Below are positions 1 to 13,267 of a DNA stretch of 64,000 nt, piece by piece; the stretch's first letter is position 1, and every line of letters begins with the position of its first letter. Source of the stretch: a bacterium (GTDB lineage: Bacteria; Bdellovibrionota_C; UBA2361; RFPC01); assembly GCA_030428205.1 (NCBI GenBank), contig JAUIBK010000016.1, forward strand, positions 11,454 through 75,453, read 5' to 3'. The notes under the pieces are model-generated. The model worked only from the letters and a program-made list of their open reading frames with translations. It was not told the origin of the DNA and did no database searches. The position numbers and the translations under genes are program-made.

Positions 1-14
1 GTCCCCAAAGAGAC

Positions 15-76
15 CCAAGTGAATAGAAAGGTTAAGGATTTTTGGGTATGAGAACTTCCTCTTTTATTCTCATGAT
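15..76 (+). promoter_or_regulatory. Conserved ~60-nt upstream motif, copy 1. It recurs at 954-1015 and the core is gttaaggattttt.
   Basis: ccaagtgaatagaaaggttaaggatttttgggtatgagaacttcctctttt is about 80% identical to 954-1015. Both copies lie upstream of adjacent + strand genes. Confidence 0.3.
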
Positions 77-199
77 ATCTCTTATGTGATGAGGTCCGCT
101 GGTATCAGCTCTTTTCTGAGTTCTACGAAACGTTGTGGTTGACATTGTACGTAAACTTGGCTTTGTTAAGTTTTAAATGTTTTTTTTGAGTGAGTCCCA

Positions 200-721
200 A
201 TGAAGTCCAAATTCATCTTAATGCTCTTATCACCTTTCATTTTTATTCATTCTACCCTTGCTGAACCAGAATTCTCGGACCAGCAGTTATCCTTTGCCGA
301 TCTTTCATTCAGTTTTGACTCTCTTTCGTTGGAAACGCCCTCAATTCCTTCTCAGCGAGGAAAGAAGAAAAATACACTCGGTACATACTCTGGTACGTTT
401 GTTCTTGCTAAGAGTAAAAGCTTCAATGGTGCCAGCTGCACACCGACTCAGTCCTTTCCAGCTGTATTTACTGTTAGTGGAAAAAAGAACCGCCCAACTG
501 GTCAACTAGGGAATATCCCTATTTCATTTACTGGAAGAGCAAATAAAAAAGGGGCAAAACTCAAAGGCACTTATGTCTCAAATGGCTTGACTCGAAAATA
601 TACGATGCTTATTCGGAAAGTGAAGTCTCAGTCCGCAAAGTTGATCTTCAAAGAGACCATTAAGAGTGGGAGCCTCAAAGCGTGTCTCTTTAAGCACACT
701 GCATCTTTTTCTCGCTCATAG
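200..721 (+). CDS. Secreted hypothetical protein with an N-terminal signal peptide
   Basis: The ORF opens with MKSKFILMLLSPFIFIHSTLA, a hydrophobic leader followed by an AxA-like cleavage site. It has no recognisable domain. Confidence 0.45.
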   Translation: MKSKFILMLLSPFIFIHSTLAEPEFSDQQLSFADLSFSFDSLSLETPSIPSQRGKKKNTLGTYSGTFVLAKSKSFNGASCTPTQSFPAVFTVSGKKNRPTGQLGNIPISFTGRANKKGAKLKGTYVSNGLTRKYTMLIRKVKSQSAKLIFKETIKSGSLKACLFKHTASFSRS

Positions 722-953
722 CCTAGTATCCTCCGCTGGTTCTAGTCTTCAAAACTGCTTGGCAGCTCTATCGGCGACCTCTGTGTGCTCGTCTGAGTAG
801 CTCCAATTGTGGAATAGTATCTCGCCACTGGACGGGCCCTCTGCATTATGTATCTCACTCTAAGCCCTTAAGGGGGGTGACTTAATCTTACTCTATGAAC
901 TTATATGGGGTAGAATGTTGAACCCAGCAACATCACCACTCCTGAAAGTTCTC

Positions 954-1015
954 CAAGTAAACAGAAAAGTTAAGGATTTTTAGGTTTTAACAACTTCTTC
1001 TGTTGTCCGAGGATG
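954..1015 (+). promoter_or_regulatory. Conserved ~60-nt upstream motif, copy 2
   Basis: It aligns to 15-76. It lies about 90 nt upstream of the methyltransferase start. Confidence 0.3.
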
Positions 1016-1103
1016 TGCTCACATGTCATTGATTTTATGAGTAATAAATGATACTTACGTTGTTTGCTTGCACCATGTAAAAGCAGATCTAGGGAGTATC
1101 AAA

Positions 1104-2591
1104 ATGGGCAATACCGCCGCTGAAGATCACAGCGAAAACCGCAGCCAAGAGAGCCAGAATGGCAGCTGTGATGACAATAGCGTAGCTACAAACGGACAGA
1201 TCAAACCAGATGTCCTAAAGCTCATGGCTCAGATCCGTGAGCGAGTAAAAGAAGATGCCTCGCAACAAGAAGATGTAAGACCGGCGTTTCGTCCTGAAAG
1301 CTCGGAGCCAGGCAAAGGAAGCAACCGCAAAGCTGGAGAGCTCCTCTATTCTGAAGAGCTCCGATATATCAACAGCAACTACTCGTACAGTCTCCGAAAT
1401 AACTTCGATTCGCTCACTTCTCACCGTCCAGGGATTCTTGGAAAGTTCATTGTAAAGGTAAAGCGTAAGCTGCTCTCGATTATTTGGGATAGCTTACTCA
1501 AAGAATACTTTGAAGCAGAAAAAGAGTATCAAGCAAATGTCGTTCGTTTTTTAAACGATGTGAGCAAGTATGTTGATGAGCGTGATGGATCAAACTTCTG
1601 GGAGCTTATCCGTAAGATCGATGTGGATGTGACAAAGGCCATCGAACGTATTGAACGAATAAGTGACGAGCAGATGGGTTCTATCCGGTCTTCTGAGCGG
1701 AGAGTGTTTGATGCTCTTGATGAAGCGCTAGCGAGCCTTCGTGGTTCTATAGAGGGGCTTACTGGCACAGTGCAAAAGCATGATGTTGGCCTCTGTGAGC
1801 TAGAGAGTGTCGCAAGTGGGCTTGAAGGGATCATTGCGAAACTTGGAAAAGACTCTGTTCCTCGTACGCAAGAAGAAGGAGAGAGCAAGCAGGTACCAGA
1901 CTACTCCTACCTTATGCTTGAAAACCGCTTTCGTGGTAGTGAAGAAGCTATTAAGAATCACCTCAAGATATACCCGCCAATTTTTCAAAATGCCTCTGCT
2001 CCTATCCTTGAGATCGGCTCTGGTAGGGGAGAGCTCCTTGAGCTCTTTCAAGAGGGTGGGAATGAAGCATATGGAGTTGATATCGACCACGCGATGGTTG
2101 AGGCAGCGTGTGCTAAAGGACTCCGTAGTGAGCTTGGTGACGGCATCGCTCACTTGCGCTCACTTGAGCCAAACTCTCTTGGTGGTGTTGTTGCTATCCA
2201 AGTTGTAGAGCACCTCACGCAAGCACAGCTCGAAGAGCTCTTTGAGCTCGTTGCCTCACGTGTTGTCTCAGGTGGAAAAGCTGTCTTTGAAACTATTAAT
2301 CCACAATCTGTTATGGCGCTCTCGTCGAACTACTTTAGAGACCCGACACATGTTTTTCCACTTCATCCAGATACCCTTTCGTACACTATGAAGTTAGCAG
2401 GGCTTCCCACTCCGAAGGTCACCAAAATCTCTCCTGTTCCTCAAGAAGCACAGCTCAAACCAATTCCTGTGGAATCGTACATGACACCACGTTGGGCGTT
2501 TGTGATTGAGCGGATGAACTGGAACTTTGATCGCCTCAACGATCTTCTCTATGGACACCAGGACTACTTCATTGAAGTAGAAGTTCCTTAA
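1104..2591 (+). CDS. Coiled-coil N-terminal domain fused to a class I SAM-dependent methyltransferase
   Basis: The motif I methyltransferase signature LEIGSGRGELLELF...GVDID is present. AGGGAG sits 9 nt upstream of the ATG at 1104. The ORF track starts at 1068. Confidence 0.6.
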   Translation: MGNTAAEDHSENRSQESQNGSCDDNSVATNGQIKPDVLKLMAQIRERVKEDASQQEDVRPAFRPESSEPGKGSNRKAGELLYSEELRYINSNYSYSLRNNFDSLTSHRPGILGKFIVKVKRKLLSIIWDSLLKEYFEAEKEYQANVVRFLNDVSKYVDERDGSNFWELIRKIDVDVTKAIERIERISDEQMGSIRSSERRVFDALDEALASLRGSIEGLTGTVQKHDVGLCELESVASGLEGIIAKLGKDSVPRTQEEGESKQVPDYSYLMLENRFRGSEEAIKNHLKIYPPIFQNASAPILEIGSGRGELLELFQEGGNEAYGVDIDHAMVEAACAKGLRSELGDGIAHLRSLEPNSLGGVVAIQVVEHLTQAQLEELFELVASRVVSGGKAVFETINPQSVMALSSNYFRDPTHVFPLHPDTLSYTMKLAGLPTPKVTKISPVPQEAQLKPIPVESYMTPRWAFVIERMNWNFDRLNDLLYGHQDYFIEVEVP

Positions 2592-2610
2592 TAGAGAGGG
2601 AGGAAGTACG

Positions 2611-3714
2611 ATGGCTAATATCCTTATTCTCGGCGTAAAAGTTCCTTTTACCAGTGGTGGGCAAGAAGTCTTAGTGCGAACGCTCTGTAAGGAGCTCAAC
2701 GCACGTGGCCACAACGCTGATGTTGTAGAACTTCCTTTTACTGTTTTTCCAAAGGAGAGTTTTCTTAATCAAGCTGCTATGTGGCGCGCCGTGGATCTCA
2801 CCACCTTTGGTGGAAAAGATGTGGATCTTGTTATTGCCACCAAGTTCCCAAGTTACTACGCTTCTCACCCAAAGAAGAGCCTCTGGCTTGTTCACCAGCA
2901 CCGTGCTTTGTATGACCTCTACGGTTCTCGTTATTCAGATATTTCTGATGATCCACGAGATGAAGCTTTGCGTCGGATGCTTGTTGAAGGCGACCGTAAG
3001 GTTATCGGCGAGTGTCAGTTCGTCTCGGGAATCTCTCAAAATGTAGTCAGTCGTCTTGAGAAGTATATCGATATTAAAGGCACAGCGCTCTATCCACCGC
3101 TTCCACAAGGAAGTGCATACCGACGGGGCGAATCTGAAGAGTATTTTCTCTCTGTTGGACGGTTGTGTGCCATCAAACGTGTTGATTTGATGCTCAAGGC
3201 GATGCCTATTGTTCACAACGTGGCAAAGCTTAAGATCGTTGGCACTGCTGATGAGCCTGGTGTTATGGAGTACTACAAAAACGAGATCGACAAGCACCAC
3301 CTCTGGGATAGGGTTGAGTTTCTTGGGCGTGTAAGTGACGAGGAACTTATTGATCTCTACTCGAAAGCGCTTGGAGTGTACTACGCACCACACGACGAAG
3401 ATTATGGATACGTTACCCTTGAAGCATTTGCTTCTGGCAAACCTGTACTTGCAGGAACAGATAGTGGGGGAGTCTTAGAGTTTGTCCGTCACGAAGAAAA
3501 CGGTCTTGTCGTAGATCCCACAAGTGATGCGTTTGGACACGCTGCAAACCGATTGATTGAAAACAAAGAGTGGGCTGCGCAACTCGGTGAAAACGGATTC
3601 TCGTTCATTCAAGAATCAGGGCTCTTAGAAAGTGGATGGGATACGGTTATTGATGGACTTCTCTCTCCACTTGAGAATACGTCATGTCAATCAGCTGTCG
3701 GATGTGGAGTATAA
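2611..3714 (+). CDS. Glycosyltransferase, GT4/GT1 family
   Basis: The C-terminal GT-B motif EAFASGKPVLAGTDSGGVLEFV...GLVVDP is present. GGGAGG RBS. Confidence 0.7.
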   Translation: MANILILGVKVPFTSGGQEVLVRTLCKELNARGHNADVVELPFTVFPKESFLNQAAMWRAVDLTTFGGKDVDLVIATKFPSYYASHPKKSLWLVHQHRALYDLYGSRYSDISDDPRDEALRRMLVEGDRKVIGECQFVSGISQNVVSRLEKYIDIKGTALYPPLPQGSAYRRGESEEYFLSVGRLCAIKRVDLMLKAMPIVHNVAKLKIVGTADEPGVMEYYKNEIDKHHLWDRVEFLGRVSDEELIDLYSKALGVYYAPHDEDYGYVTLEAFASGKPVLAGTDSGGVLEFVRHEENGLVVDPTSDAFGHAANRLIENKEWAAQLGENGFSFIQESGLLESGWDTVIDGLLSPLENTSCQSAVGCGV

Positions 3715-3720
3715 GTTTCT

Positions 3721-5052
3721 ATGTCGGCATCTGATAAACTCCGCATAGCTTGGTTTTCTCCTCTCGGCTCAGAGGGTGAGACGTCGATCTCTGCCTATGC
3801 AACAGAGACTCTTCTGCCGTATCTCACGGATCGTTTCGAGATAGAGCTTTTTCACGACTCTTTCTTCTCTCACAAGAAGTATCCGACGTATCACTACTTA
3901 AACGCGTTTTTGCGTGATAAGGAGCGTCCGTTTGATCTCTTCTTTTATCAGCTAGAAGACTCTCCGTGCACAAAATTTGTGAGAATGCACCTTGGGCTTA
4001 TGCCAGGGATAACGTGGTTTCACCACTTTTTTCTCTCTGATGATGGACCAGAACCAATTTTAAATAGTGGTTGGCAAGATACTGTGGATCACTTCTGTGG
4101 AAAGAGAACGGTGTGGCCTGAGCGAGGAAAAGAGTATACCCGTCCAGGTCCTCAAGCGTACCGCGAGGCAGGTCTTAGCTTTGCTTCGCTCTTTTCACTT
4201 GAGCGAGACCACGGTGAATACGAGAGACTTGTCACTCATAAGCTCCTTGCTGATAGTAATCAGCGCCAAAGTTTCTTTTTGCCACTACCTGTTTCAGAAG
4301 AAGTTTTCTCGTGTCGTAGTAAACAATCAACGACAGATGCTCCATTTCGTGTCGGATACTTTGGTACGCCACGTATTGAGCACCGAGCCCATAAGGTTCT
4401 TCAAGCACTCACAGAGAAGTATGAGCAAGAGGTGCAACTCCACTGGGTTGTCCCAGAAGAAGAGCTTGTGATTGCCCAAGAGAGACTTTCTGAGTTCGAT
4501 CTCGATGGTGTGCTCTATCCTCAAGCAACCCCTGAGCAGTGGAAGCAACTTCTCCCAGAGCTTGATTGTGCTCTGCATCCACTTTTTAGCGTTTTTGGAC
4601 AACCTGGAGCACCGCTTGCGATGAGCTTAGCTGCCGGCGTACCAACGGTTGTAACTGGATTTGGAAATACAGAGCGACTCGTAGACGAGGTGGCATGTAA
4701 GATTGAGCCAGGAAGTAGCGAAGCCACTCAGGTAGCCTCTGCGCTTCGAGAGTTGATGAAACAACCGAGACCGTTACAGAACAGAGAGGCCCAAGCCTTT
4801 GCTCGTGAGATGTACGATGTGCAAGGCGTGGCTGCTCAGCTCGGTGATACTTTTGAGTACCTAGTGAGCGGCGAACAAAGTTACCTACCACAAGCTATGA
4901 AACGGTGGCGCGCACTTGAGCAAGATGCAGCCGACTCGCTTCGAAAAGAAGTTTCCTCCTTTTTGCCAGCATCACTTTGGGAAGGGAAAGATGGAGAGTT
5001 GCTCAATCCTGTTTTCGAAGAACTCGGCTGGTCGTCGAAAGGAGAAGGGTAA
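3721..5052 (+). CDS. Glycosyltransferase-like protein, divergent GT-B fold
   Basis: The N-terminus RIAWFSPLGSEGETSIS and the C-terminal GAPLAMSLAAGVPTVV resemble GT1 architecture. Motifs are weak. Confidence 0.45.
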   Translation: MSASDKLRIAWFSPLGSEGETSISAYATETLLPYLTDRFEIELFHDSFFSHKKYPTYHYLNAFLRDKERPFDLFFYQLEDSPCTKFVRMHLGLMPGITWFHHFFLSDDGPEPILNSGWQDTVDHFCGKRTVWPERGKEYTRPGPQAYREAGLSFASLFSLERDHGEYERLVTHKLLADSNQRQSFFLPLPVSEEVFSCRSKQSTTDAPFRVGYFGTPRIEHRAHKVLQALTEKYEQEVQLHWVVPEEELVIAQERLSEFDLDGVLYPQATPEQWKQLLPELDCALHPLFSVFGQPGAPLAMSLAAGVPTVVTGFGNTERLVDEVACKIEPGSSEATQVASALRELMKQPRPLQNREAQAFAREMYDVQGVAAQLGDTFEYLVSGEQSYLPQAMKRWRALEQDAADSLRKEVSSFLPASLWEGKDGELLNPVFEELGWSSKGEG

Positions 5053-8296
<3,244 letters not shown>

Positions 8297-8297
8297 A

Positions 8298-9776
8298 TTG
8301 ACTACCGTAAGAACCCGTTTTGCCCCGAGTCCTACAGGAATGCTTCATATCGGAGGCTTTCGCTCGGCTCTCTATGCATGGCTTCTAGCTCGTCACCACG
8401 GCGGAGAATTTCTCCTCCGTATTGAAGATACTGATCGAGAGAGAAAGGTAGAAGGAGCCATTCAGGGAATCCTTGATTGCTTTGAGTGGTTTGGGCTCGA
8501 TATTGATGAAGGTCCCACCAAAGAAGAACTTGCTCAGATTGATGAAGATGTGACTCTTTCTTCTACCGTAGGGCAGGGAGACTTTGGTCCCTACATACAG
8601 AGCCTGAGGCTAAAGCGCTACCAAGAAGTCTGCAGTCAACTCATAGAATCTGGCCACGCCTATCGCTGTGATTGTGCCCCGGAGATGTTAGACCAAGAGC
8701 GAGAAGCCCAAAAAGCTGCTAAGCAGCAAGTCGGCTACGGTGGAAGGTGTCGTGATAGAAATGTATCTGCCGATACGCCACACGTTGTTCGTTTTAAGAT
8801 GCCCGAGAATCCAGAGCTCGTGCTCCAAGATGGTATCCGTGGTGAGATTACGTGGGAGTCCATCCCCCTTAAAGACCCAATCATTGTAAAGTCTGATGGG
8901 TTTCCTACGTACCACTTGGCAGTTGTTGTTGATGATTACGACATGAAGATCTCTCACGCCATGCGCGGAGAAGAGTGGATTCCATCTACGCCGCTTCACC
9001 TGTTGCTCTATAATGCACTTGGTTGGGAGCCTCCTATTTATTGCCACTTACCTGTAGTACTTGGTACCGATGGCAAAAAACTTTCTAAACGACACGGTTC
9101 GACCGCATGGGATTCCTTTAAAGATCAGGGATATCTCCCCGAAGCAGTGGTCAACTTTGTTGCACGTATCGGCTGGTCGCCTGGAGATGGGTGTGATGAA
9201 GAGATTTTTTCTCTCAAAGAGATGGCAGAGCGGTTTAGCTTAGAGAAAGTAAATCCCTCAAGTGGCGTTTTTGATTATGATAAACTCCAATGGATGAATG
9301 GCCTTGCTATCCGTGCGCTCTCTTTTGAAGAGTTCACAAAGAGGGTAAATCCGTTTCTTGAAAAAGAGGGGATAAAGCTATCTCCTGAGCAGTGGGCACT
9401 GATTGGGCCACACATTCAAGAGCGCACGAAAGTACTCACAGAGGTTGCTCCTCAATTAGAGTGTCTTGTGACTGATTCACTTGAGCGTGAGATAGACCAG
9501 ATGCTCAGTAAGAAGGTTGATGCTGAGCTCGCGAAGAAAATTTTGACTTCTGAAAAAGAGGCGCTTTCTGTGCTTGAGACCTTTGATGTGGAGCATATTG
9601 AACCAGCGGTGAAGGCTTTGGCTCAAACGTTAGAGGTTAAAGCTGGAGCACTCTTCTTGCCGCTTCGTATCGCTACTTTGGGCAAGAAAGCTACGCCTCC
9701 ACTTTTTGAGTCGCTTCAGGTGATTGGAAAAGAGGTTACAGTGAAAAGGATTGAGGATGCGATCCTTGAGCTTTAG
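8298..9776 (+). CDS. gltX: Glutamyl-tRNA synthetase
   Basis: HIGH motif (PSPTGMLHIGG) and KMSKS-like KLSKRHG. TTG start preceded by AAGGAGAGG. Confidence 0.9.
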   Translation: MTTVRTRFAPSPTGMLHIGGFRSALYAWLLARHHGGEFLLRIEDTDRERKVEGAIQGILDCFEWFGLDIDEGPTKEELAQIDEDVTLSSTVGQGDFGPYIQSLRLKRYQEVCSQLIESGHAYRCDCAPEMLDQEREAQKAAKQQVGYGGRCRDRNVSADTPHVVRFKMPENPELVLQDGIRGEITWESIPLKDPIIVKSDGFPTYHLAVVVDDYDMKISHAMRGEEWIPSTPLHLLLYNALGWEPPIYCHLPVVLGTDGKKLSKRHGSTAWDSFKDQGYLPEAVVNFVARIGWSPGDGCDEEIFSLKEMAERFSLEKVNPSSGVFDYDKLQWMNGLAIRALSFEEFTKRVNPFLEKEGIKLSPEQWALIGPHIQERTKVLTEVAPQLECLVTDSLEREIDQMLSKKVDAELAKKILTSEKEALSVLETFDVEHIEPAVKALAQTLEVKAGALFLPLRIATLGKKATPPLFESLQVIGKEVTVKRIEDAILEL

Positions 9777-9831
9777 CGGTATCTGTAATTCTCCCCAGTA
9801 GTCTCTCTCTTTATCCCTAAGACAATGATAG

Positions 9832-12800
9832 CTAAACCTCGGCAGGTGGCTCAATTGATATCCGTAGTGTACAGAATTCTTCGTCGTTTTGGATAGATCG
9901 TGCTCGCTGTTCTAGATGAAATCGGAAGCCGTTTCGATTTGCAAGCTGGTGAAGTCGCGCGGAGAAAAAGCGAGCACTTGTTGATTGTCGGGTATCAAGT
10001 TCCAGCCGTATCTCTCCACCTTCAGAGAGGTAGTGGTATCGGAGCAACTCTTCGAACCCTCTTGAAAGCCGAATGGCCGCTTCACGTTGCCTCTTACTTG
10101 AAGCAAAACTAGATACAACGATGAGTGGATTACCCTCTTCATCTCTTCCTTCGTAAGCCAAGAGGAAGGCATCCAGCTCACCATCTGGCTGAGTGTGCTT
10201 AAGAAGAAGTGAAGGTCTTCCCTTTTGATGATTGTTAATAGCTACAGCTGTAGCAAAGTGAAAGAGGTCTACCCCTTCATGATCGAGAACAACGGGATTA
10301 TCGGTATAAGCTATCCTTTCAAGTTGACGTACAGCTAACCAATCAGACTGCTCGATAAGAGAAACTTGAGGGGGCAGAGAAACCGGTGCGGTATATTTTG
10401 CTCTGCTCTCCTGAACCTCTCCTACCTCTCGAGAGAAAAGCCGTTCATTCTCACCAATCTTAAGCTGGATGACACTCTCTCCATAGTTATCAGAATATCC
10501 AATAGGGATTTCAGGTAAGAAGTTGTTCGGTTGTCGAGGAAGCTTTGTGACTACACTCGAGAATGCTTCACCGATCGGTATCCAGTCTTTGGAGGTATCC
10601 CAAGAGCTATTGAGACGATTCTGGTAATTTCCAAAGAAATCAGAGAGGAGTTCGGGGAGTAAGGTGGCTAGAGTGCCCTCTCGATAATTTGGATGCACTT
10701 CTAGGTTATCCAAAGCAAGTTCGGACTTTGCGCCAACTCGAATAATCTCATCACTTGCCTCAGCCTTACCAATGAGACCACGAAGTTGTTCAGATGCTGG
10801 AACCGGCACTCTAGAGACCCTCGTGAGCACACTTTGTGCAAAGGTTCGCTGCGAACCATCAGGCCTTTCAAGTCTAACAGTGAAAAAAGCAGCGCTCGGG
10901 TTCACCGTATAGCTGTTGGTTTTTCCTACACCAAATAAGGCGCATTCGGTTATATCGTTGGCAGCGATTACACCGAGCGGATCTGATGGAAGATGAATCT
11001 CTGCTATTACTGCTACTGGTTCGTCAGGAATCCCGAACTGAGGATTGAATAAGATCTCTCGCAGTTGCGCATGGAAGTGCTCGCGCCCAGAGGCGATCAT
11101 GAGAGGAGATGAGGTAATGCAATCAGGTTCTGAAATATACTGCTGAGGTGAAACACCATACTGAGATAGTAACCCTTTTACAGAGTGAAAGAGTTTCCCA
11201 CTATTTCGAGCAAGTGGCTTGTCACCCGACTGAGAGCTTCCGAGAGCTCGTTTCAACAGTTCATGTGGAGTTGCTTGTATTGCGTCTGGGTTCACTTCAT
11301 AACGAATTCGGAAAGGAGGGATACTTTTCGTCGCGTCTAGGGTGCCATCCATCCATGCAGTGCGAAGATCTTCTGGTGTAAGATCTAGGTGTTCGAACAG
11401 GAAGAGATTCGACACATTCCACTCTTTGTCAGCATCTTCATTGAGTGAACTGTCTGGGCGAGAAAAGAATGCTTCGGGAGCCGTGATAAGGTCCTGCACG
11501 GCAGAAAGATCTATCTTGCTCCCAGGATGACCTATGAGTGGGTCTATGAACTTTACTAAATTGAGGTCACCACTATCGACGACATTCTGAAGCTGTTCTT
11601 GCAAACCTGCTGTTAGAGCAAGCTCTTCCAGTTCAGCATACTGCCGAAGCTTTGCCCAGGATTGAAAGGGGGTGGTCTGTTGGCTGAGCTGTTTCGCAAG
11701 TTGCTGGAGATGTGGGAATCCGGAGAGAGTTGAGAGACGAGCCGATATTCCCTTTCTCTCAAAGGTACAGGTGTTTCCAATTTTCTTCAAAAGTTGAGTA
11801 GCACTCCCTCCGCTATAACTATGACCGTCCTGCTTGACCTGTGAAAGGATGTTGTGCGTAAAGGCTTCAAGTGAGAGTCCAGATTGGTGATAAAGCTTTA
11901 CGATAGCATGTATTCCGTGCAACGCAGCAACGGAGGAACGATTGGTATCTCGTAAGTACCAGAGTAATCTATCAGCTCCTAAGACTTCAGCTGCCTCGCG
12001 AAACTCTCCTTCAAGAGATTTTGCCATTTCCCATTGAGGAGAATACTTGAGAAGTGCTTCAAAGGTCGCTATTCCACCAAGTTCTGACGAATGAACGCCA
12101 TTGAAGTAGATCATGTCGAGATCAAGAAGTGAGATATGTAGTTTTTTTGCAGTAGGAAGGTCTGATTGGTCTACACAAGAGAACCACTCGGGATCTTCAA
12201 GCAAAGTTGCGACATACTCTTGATTCTCACGCTTGAAACGGACGAGTTCCTCAAGGGTCGTAACCTCAAATCCTTCCCTCAAGCATGCAATCACCTCGGG
12301 TGTGAAGCCTTCTAAAGCAGTAAGGTCATCTCCTAGGTAGTGTTCTGCTATTACTTGCGCGACTTGAGAGGAATGTCCTCCTCCTGCCATTTGAATCCCA
12401 ATTCGCTCGAAAGAAGAGCCTTCAAACTCAAAACAGCTCACCATCGCTTTCGCTGCGAGTTCTCTGACAGATTCAGGCTGAATGGAGAACTTCTCTATGA
12501 GATAATCGGCGCAACCAAATGCTCCTGCTGCAATCGCTCGCTCTACACTGAGAAGAACACTCTCTCTGATCTCTTCATGCTCCTCTAAGAGAAGCGTGGA
12601 AGTGTTATAGGCTGTAACAACTCGCTCGGGGTTCCAAGGGAAGGTGAGAGTTGAGGGGATTCCCGAAACAAGTTCACGCTGCACATCTTCGGCTCGGATA
12701 ATGTCATCTACTTCTTCTTTTGAAAGCGAGCAGCGATTGATTACATCGAGTGGATCGCCATCACCGTAAAGCCCCAATGTCTTCAGAAGTGCTTCTTTGA

Positions 12801-13017
12801 ACTCTCTCTGTTCGCCAGAGAGCCCTTGGAATGTTGCCCGTGCAAGATGAGGGTGCTGTATCCGAGTAAGGAGGTTCGTAAACTCTTCACTCGATATTGA
12901 TGTTTCAGCGCTGAGCGTCTGATCGCCCTCTGGGGCGTGGGGGAGAGAAGCTGTCTCTCCTCCTTCGTTATGAGTTATTAGCTCACCTAGTGGTGATAGA
13001 AGGGGAGTGTGCGCCAT
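9832..13017 (-). CDS. Large (1061 aa) acidic hypothetical protein, no recognisable domain
   Basis: A long uninterrupted ORF. It has no Walker, nuclease or other motif I can identify. Confidence 0.5.
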   Translation of the reverse strand: MAHTPLLSPLGELITHNEGGETASLPHAPEGDQTLSAETSISSEEFTNLLTRIQHPHLARATFQGLSGEQREFKEALLKTLGLYGDGDPLDVINRCSLSKEEVDDIIRAEDVQRELVSGIPSTLTFPWNPERVVTAYNTSTLLLEEHEEIRESVLLSVERAIAAGAFGCADYLIEKFSIQPESVRELAAKAMVSCFEFEGSSFERIGIQMAGGGHSSQVAQVIAEHYLGDDLTALEGFTPEVIACLREGFEVTTLEELVRFKRENQEYVATLLEDPEWFSCVDQSDLPTAKKLHISLLDLDMIYFNGVHSSELGGIATFEALLKYSPQWEMAKSLEGEFREAAEVLGADRLLWYLRDTNRSSVAALHGIHAIVKLYHQSGLSLEAFTHNILSQVKQDGHSYSGGSATQLLKKIGNTCTFERKGISARLSTLSGFPHLQQLAKQLSQQTTPFQSWAKLRQYAELEELALTAGLQEQLQNVVDSGDLNLVKFIDPLIGHPGSKIDLSAVQDLITAPEAFFSRPDSSLNEDADKEWNVSNLFLFEHLDLTPEDLRTAWMDGTLDATKSIPPFRIRYEVNPDAIQATPHELLKRALGSSQSGDKPLARNSGKLFHSVKGLLSQYGVSPQQYISEPDCITSSPLMIASGREHFHAQLREILFNPQFGIPDEPVAVIAEIHLPSDPLGVIAANDITECALFGVGKTNSYTVNPSAAFFTVRLERPDGSQRTFAQSVLTRVSRVPVPASEQLRGLIGKAEASDEIIRVGAKSELALDNLEVHPNYREGTLATLLPELLSDFFGNYQNRLNSSWDTSKDWIPIGEAFSSVVTKLPRQPNNFLPEIPIGYSDNYGESVIQLKIGENERLFSREVGEVQESRAKYTAPVSLPPQVSLIEQSDWLAVRQLERIAYTDNPVVLDHEGVDLFHFATAVAINNHQKGRPSLLLKHTQPDGELDAFLLAYEGRDEEGNPLIVVSSFASSKRQREAAIRLSRGFEELLRYHYLSEGGEIRLELDTRQSTSARFFSARLHQLANRNGFRFHLEQRARSIQNDEEFCTLRISIEPPAEV

Positions 13018-13267
13018 ATTCGTGTCCTACAAGTCCCTGTTGGCAGGCTACAGAACTCCCAGCAGCTAATCAAAAATATCTCTCTGGAGAATGAGGAGAG
13101 CAAAGCTAAGCGTAGGAGATTTTATAGCTTGAGTAGTTTCAATGGCTTCTGAGAGTGCATCGATGAGCTCTAGGCTATGATTTCATATGGAGTATCTCTC
13201 GAGTATAAAATTTCAAGAAAGCTCGAATTTACAGGAATCTAACTGTTCATCTTGAGTATATACCCCG

